64,000 nucleotides of DNA from positions 174 through 64,173 of the forward strand of contig CALMRE010000219.1 in NCBI GenBank assembly GCA_937871295.1. The letters are read 5' to 3'. The notes beneath the pieces are model-generated. The model was not told where the DNA came from and searched no databases. It saw only the letters and a list, made by a program, of their open reading frames with translations. Position 1 is the first letter of the stretch. Every line of letters begins with the position of its first letter. Below are positions 59,673 through 64,000 of this stretch, in pieces. The stretch comes from an uncultured bacterium. Lineage in GTDB: Bacteria; UBP6; UBA1177; JAKLFG01. The translations under genes and the position numbers were made by a program.

Positions 59673-60710
59673 TCACAGGAACCTCTTGAAAAGGGCGAGA
59701 ATGCCCTGTGCCCACGCGACGCGGTGGCCGGTGCCGGTCCCCTGCGCGATGGTCGCCTTGTTGTCGAGATACCACTGGTACGAACGGATGAGCGCCTCCG
59801 ATTCGCTGTAGCGCGGCTGCCAGGCGAGCACCTTTTGCGCCTTCTCGATGGAGACGAAACTGTCCTTGTGCGCCGTGCCGTAGACCCACTTGTAAAGCGG
59901 CGACAGATGGAGCGCCTCGAACAGTTGGAGCGCCGGTATCACCATCCAGACGGGGGTATGCATGACCCGCGATCCGCTTTTCGCGTACTCACAGAGCGCC
60001 CCGACATCCTCGTTGATGGTGCGGAACTCGGCACAGCCGACATTGAACACATCGTTCGCTTCGGGTCCGGGATGACGGTACGCTTTGAAGACCGCGTCGC
60101 ACAGATCGTCGACCTCAAGTAGCTGATAGCGGTTCTTCCCGTTGCCGATGAGCGGTATCTTGTGGCCTTCCTCGATCCAGTTGTAGAGTATCTGGAAGAC
60201 GCCGAGCCGGTGGGTGCCGATGAAGGTCTTGGGGCGGACGACCGAGACATAGAGTCCTTTCGCCCGCACCTCTTCGCAGTGCACCTCGGCCGCTATCTTC
60301 GATTCGCCGTAGGGACCGACGCCGATGCGCTCATCGGTTTCAAAGAGCGGATGGTGGTCGGGAACGCCGTAGACGGCGGTCGAACTGATGAAGACGAACC
60401 GCTTGGTCTTATGCTTCAGCGCGAGGTCGAGAACATTGCGCGTCCCGTCGACATTGGTCGAGAATATCTCTTTTTTCGATTCGAGCGGGAGCGCCGCCGC
60501 CGCGTGGATGACCACGTCGGTCTGTGCTATGAGTTCGCTCATCTTCGCGGTGTCGCGCACATCGCCGCGCACGAGCGTCACCTGCGGATCGTACTCGTCG
60601 GCGTGGTATTCGGCGATGTCCAGCAGCGTCACCGCGTCGCCTTCGGCCACGCATTTCCGCGTCATGTGGAGTCCGAAGAAACCGGCGCCGCCGGTGATGA
60701 GCACCTTCAT
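59673..60710 (-). CDS. NAD-dependent epimerase/dehydratase (extended SDR)
   Basis: Rossmann motif TGGAGFFG; the YxxxK catalytic region. Confidence 0.8.
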   Translation of the reverse strand: MKVLITGGAGFFGLHMTRKCVAEGDAVTLLDIAEYHADEYDPQVTLVRGDVRDTAKMSELIAQTDVVIHAAAALPLESKKEIFSTNVDGTRNVLDLALKHKTKRFVFISSTAVYGVPDHHPLFETDERIGVGPYGESKIAAEVHCEEVRAKGLYVSVVRPKTFIGTHRLGVFQILYNWIEEGHKIPLIGNGKNRYQLLEVDDLCDAVFKAYRHPGPEANDVFNVGCAEFRTINEDVGALCEYAKSGSRVMHTPVWMVIPALQLFEALHLSPLYKWVYGTAHKDSFVSIEKAQKVLAWQPRYSESEALIRSYQWYLDNKATIAQGTGTGHRVAWAQGILALFKRFL

Positions 60711-60714
60711 ATTG

Positions 60715-61587
60715 TCACCTCAGATAGACCAGTATCACGAACAGCGCGATCCAGCAGAGTATCGTGAGTTGGAGGAACCGGTCGCGCAGGAGCAGGTCGG
60801 TCGGCTGACTGCTTTTTTTGTAGACGAGCGTCAGTTGCAGGTAGCGGAACAGCCCCAGTATGACGAATATCACCGTCAGGTAGATCTTGTCGGAACCGAA
60901 ATGTTCGGCGACCGCCGGGTCCATTGCGTAGAGGATGTAGGCGAGTATGATGATCGCCGTCATGACCGCGAGCGCGCTGTTGATGAATTCGATATTGTAG
61001 CCGTGGATGGCGGTGCGTGTCTTTTTCCCTTCACCGGCCAGCAGCACATCGTCGCGCCGTTTGGCGAAGGCGAGGAACAGGGCGAGCAGGAAGGTCATCA
61101 GTATGATCCACTGCGACGGCAGGACGCCGGTGATCCCGGCATGGTCGGTGCCGGCAAGGAGCCGGAGCAGGAAGCCGGTCGCGATGACGAAGATATCGAG
61201 GAGCGGTATCCGCTTGAATACCATCGAGTAGAGAACATTCATCACGCAGTAGATGACCAGTATCAGGAAGAGCTGTTTATTGTAGAATGACACGCCGCCG
61301 AGCCCCACGATGAAGAGTCCCGCCGCAATGAAGATGGCGGATACGTGCGAAATCGCACCACTTGCGATGGGACGATGCCGTTTATCGGGGTGGAGGCGAT
61401 CCTCGGCGACATCGCGCAGGTCGTTGACGATGTAGATGGCACTGGCGGTCAACGAGAAAAACAAAAAAGCGGCAATTGCCTGAAAAAGAAGGGAGGTTTC
61501 GGTGAATTTGAGGGCAAAGAAAAGGGGAAAAAAGACAAGCAGATTTTTTACCCACTGATGAATGCGCATCAGTCGTAGTATCGTCAT
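60715..61587 (-). CDS. UbiA-family prenyltransferase (decaprenyl-phosphate phosphoribosyltransferase-like)
   Basis: Eight to nine TM helices; NDLRDVAEDRLHPDKRHRP gives the Asp-rich motif NDxxDxxxD plus KRPI. Start at MTILRL. Confidence 0.7.
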   Translation of the reverse strand: MTILRLMRIHQWVKNLLVFFPLFFALKFTETSLLFQAIAAFLFFSLTASAIYIVNDLRDVAEDRLHPDKRHRPIASGAISHVSAIFIAAGLFIVGLGGVSFYNKQLFLILVIYCVMNVLYSMVFKRIPLLDIFVIATGFLLRLLAGTDHAGITGVLPSQWIILMTFLLALFLAFAKRRDDVLLAGEGKKTRTAIHGYNIEFINSALAVMTAIIILAYILYAMDPAVAEHFGSDKIYLTVIFVILGLFRYLQLTLVYKKSSQPTDLLLRDRFLQLTILCWIALFVILVYLR

Positions 61588-61706
61588 CACAGTGCTGTTT
61601 CTCCTCAAAACACGCGCGCACAGCATACCTATAGAAGGATGCTAGTCAATAAAAGGCGTTAGAAATAGACTCGAGTGTCATTAAAAATCGGCCCGGCCGG
61701 GACCTC

Positions 61707-62477
61707 TCAAAAGTGTTCGCGTATCTCGTCGCGGATGAAGGGGTAAAGAGCGCGGTTCGCGGCGATGATGGTGCCTCCCGTGATGTAGTCGTTACCGCCG
61801 TCGAAATCGGTAACGATGCCGCCCGCTTCGGTGACGATGAGACTCGCCGCCGCCACATCCCACGGCGAGAGGCCGTATTCCCAGAAGATATCGAAACCGC
61901 CGCGCGCCACATAGAGCATGTCGGCGACCGCCGAGCCGAGGCGGCGCAGGGCGCGGGTCTTGCGGATGACCGAACCGAAGACCGCGAAGGTATCTTTCGG
62001 CATATTCTTCGTGATATCGGCGAATCCGACCGCCCCGACGGCGTGGAGCGGGTCGGTTGTGTCGCTCACCCGTATCGGCAGGCCGTTGAGAAAAGCGCCG
62101 TGGCCGAGTTCGGCGTGGAACAGTTCGTCCAGCGGCGGGATATAGCAGACCGCCCGGTCGACCGCACGGCCGTTCCAGTGGGCGATCGCGACGGAGTAGA
62201 AGGGGATGCCGGCGAGAAAATTGGTGGTGCCGTCGAGCGGATCGACGATCCAGAGCGGACCCGATGAGAGCGCCGTACGCGGGTGATACTCCTCGCTCAG
62301 GAACGGGATGTCGTCGACCTTCGCCAGTTCGGCCATGAGGAACCGTTCGGCGTGGCGGTCGGCCTCGCTCACCATATCGCGGGGCGATTTGAATTCCTGT
62401 ATGAGCGCGGTGTTGCGGAAGTAGCCGGCGAGGATATCTCCCGTCCGGCGGGCGATATCATCAACCGTGGGCGGCAT
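61707..62477 (-). CDS. suhB: Inositol monophosphatase family protein
   Basis: FLSEE...WIVDPLDGTTNF...GGFD are IMPase metal-binding motifs. Confidence 0.8.
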   Translation of the reverse strand: MPPTVDDIARRTGDILAGYFRNTALIQEFKSPRDMVSEADRHAERFLMAELAKVDDIPFLSEEYHPRTALSSGPLWIVDPLDGTTNFLAGIPFYSVAIAHWNGRAVDRAVCYIPPLDELFHAELGHGAFLNGLPIRVSDTTDPLHAVGAVGFADITKNMPKDTFAVFGSVIRKTRALRRLGSAVADMLYVARGGFDIFWEYGLSPWDVAAASLIVTEAGGIVTDFDGGNDYITGGTIIAANRALYPFIRDEIREHF

Positions 62478-62799
62478 CTGCGGGACCGGCGGCGTGCTTG
62501 TCGATGAAAAGCTGGGCGTTGGCTATCGCGTCGTCGAGGAAACGCAACTCCTCGGCGGCGAGATTGCCGGCGCTTTTATCCTTAAGCATTTCCAGCAGGC
62601 CGAGATTGAACCGGGCCAGATCGAGATTGACCGTTACTTCGGCGGCGCCGCGGATCTTTATCTCGCCGAGGTTGTAGAGTATGGCCGAGTATACCGAAGA
62701 TACGAGGCTCGTAAAGGTCGGGGTGAGCACCTCCGCAACGGTGGCGGAGCGCGGTGCGGTCATGGGGTCAACTCGCCGGGTCGTCCTTGACGCGGGCAT
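62461..62799 (-). CDS. Hypothetical small protein
   Basis: ORF only; the start is uncertain (internal M at MTAPRS). Confidence 0.3.
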   Translation of the reverse strand: MPASRTTRRVDPMTAPRSATVAEVLTPTFTSLVSSVYSAILYNLGEIKIRGAAEVTVNLDLARFNLGLLEMLKDKSAGNLAAEELRFLDDAIANAQLFIDKHAAGPADAAHG

Positions 62800-62962
62800 G
62801 GGTGACGAGTTTCGTCTCGTCTATTTCGGAGTAATCGCCCGATTCGGGAAGAGACGCCAGCATCTCTTCGAACTGTTCGCGGGTCACTTCGCCTTTGCGG
62901 AGTTTCCGTTCAAGTATCCGGATGTCCATTTCAGCGAACGGATGCGGTTTCTTTGTGGCCAT
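62768..62962 (-). CDS. Hypothetical small protein (64 aa)
   Basis: ORF only; charged, no motif. Confidence 0.25.
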   Translation of the reverse strand: MATKKPHPFAEMDIRILERKLRKGEVTREQFEEMLASLPESGDYSEIDETKLVTHARVKDDPAS

Positions 62963-62983
62963 GTATCTTTCTCCTTGAGGTTC

Positions 62984-64000
62984 TTAGTTGCCGAACTGGA
63001 TGGTCATGGTCGCGGTTTTAGGCTTCGAGGGTTCCGACAGCAGTATGCCCGCCGCCGCGCCGCCGCCCGCCGCGCCCGCCACCAGCACGCCGATGATGGT
63101 CCAGAACCACCATTTATTGACGACCGAATCGTCATCGCCCCCGCTGCCGCCGGTCGAGAGGGAACCCGACACGATGGAAGAGACGGGGTTAAAACCGTAT
63201 TCGTCGGCGAAGAGGTTGTCCAACGCGGTGCGCAGATCTTCGGAACGGGTCAGATCGCCGTTGCCCGGCAGAGAGAAGGAGACCGATTCCTCCTTGAAAC
63301 TGGCCTTGTCCGGGTTAAGGAGTTTTATCTGCAACTTGAGCAGGGTCCCTTCCTCGGCCTCTTCGACCGCGGCGTGGATCGCCATGAGCCGCGCCACCTT
63401 TGCCGCCTTACCGACCTCGACCGCTTTTTTCATCATCTCGGCGCCGCCGAAATCCTTCTGGGCCAGTTTCTCAAGAGGCTCTATCGCGGCGGCCCCGGTG
63501 CCTGCCGAAAGGGTTTCGTCAAGTTTCGCCTCGGCGCCGTCGTAGATCGACGCGATGCCGCCCGCATCGCGGTAGCCGGTCTTATGAATGCGCCAGTAGT
63601 GCTTGCCGGCGGTGAGCCCCTCTATCTTGGCGGGGGTCATGCCGACGATCCTGCCGTCGATATAGACGGTGGCGCCGGCCGGTTCGGTGGTGATCTTGAG
63701 ATCGCCGAGCGGCTGCATCATCAGGTTGCTCTTTATCTTATCGAAAAAGTCGATCGTGTCGTCGTCGGTCCCCTCGTCGGCCTCGTAGTCGGGGTTAAGG
63801 GCGAGCGCTTTGGAGAAAGCCTCTTTCGCCTTGGTCTCCTCCTCAAGCAGGGTCCAAGTGGCGCCGACCTGGAACAGGGTCTTGGTCAGAAGGGAGTGAT
63901 CGTGCATCACGTCGATCCGCTTTTCGAGCAGGTCGAGCGCCGCGGTGAGTTTGCCGATGGCCGAATCGGGATCGGCATCGTCGTTGAAGGTCTTTCCCTC
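62984..64000 (-). CDS. PEGA-domain membrane protein, N-terminus beyond the window
   Basis: PEGA motif TTEPAGATVYIDGRIVGMTP; a C-terminal TM WWFWTIIGVLVAGAAGGGAAAGILL. The frame stays open upstream to the window end. Confidence 0.55.
   Translation of the reverse strand, partial: EGKTFNDDADPDSAIGKLTAALDLLEKRIDVMHDHSLLTKTLFQVGATWTLLEEETKAKEAFSKALALNPDYEADEGTDDDTIDFFDKIKSNLMMQPLGDLKITTEPAGATVYIDGRIVGMTPAKIEGLTAGKHYWRIHKTGYRDAGGIASIYDGAEAKLDETLSAGTGAAAIEPLEKLAQKDFGGAEMMKKAVEVGKAAKVARLMAIHAAVEEAEEGTLLKLQIKLLNPDKASFKEESVSFSLPGNGDLTRSEDLRTALDNLFADEYGFNPVSSIVSGSLSTGGSGGDDDSVVNKWWFWTIIGVLVAGAAGGGAAAGILLSEPSKPKTATMTIQFGN

Overview
This is a high-GC (about 65%) chromosomal segment from a Gram-negative bacterium. 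The gene content has an FCB-group-like flavour: an SBBP β-propeller lipoprotein, the batABCDE aerotolerance operon, a TonB-dependent receptor paired with lipoproteins, and BamD. Most of the window is housekeeping genes on both strands: LonC-like protease, IMPACT/YigZ, a PLD-family protein, DAHP synthase, purN, ssb, hemW, rnhB, two HAL/PAL-family lyases, a UvrD-type helicase, znuABC, a Mla-type operon, aspS, clpS-clpA-aat, glgA, rimO, IMPase, an SDR epimerase and a UbiA prenyltransferase. Several accessory or unusual elements sit among them. (1) A Y1 (IS200/RAYT-like) transposase fused to a DnaA-C-like HTH domain, flanked by 33-bp inverted repeats (REPtron-like), inserted just upstream of znuABC. 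(2) A Mla-like operon whose ATPase gene is a P-loop-less, catalytically degenerate remnant. (3) A cobalamin riboswitch in front of a BtuB-like TonB-dependent receptor, followed by two surface-lipoprotein genes (BtuG/BtuH-like by position). (4) A tightly packed operon of four paralogous small lipoproteins sharing a C-N-x-x-D-x(3-4)-[FL]-x-Q-C motif, ending in a strong terminator. (5) A low-GC islet carrying an internalin-like LRR lipoprotein and a DUF4258/YgiT-zinc-finger toxin-antitoxin-like pair. (6) A second HAL-family paralog with an Ala-Cys-Gly instead of Ala-Ser-Gly MIO triad, sitting directly upstream of the bat operon. (7) An orphan V-type proteolipid (c/K) gene abutting a helicase gene that has no canonical start codon. 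I found no rRNA, tRNA or CRISPR. Coordinates of non-coding features are approximate (±2 nt); CDS coordinates follow the supplied ORF track, with starts re-chosen by residue counting.
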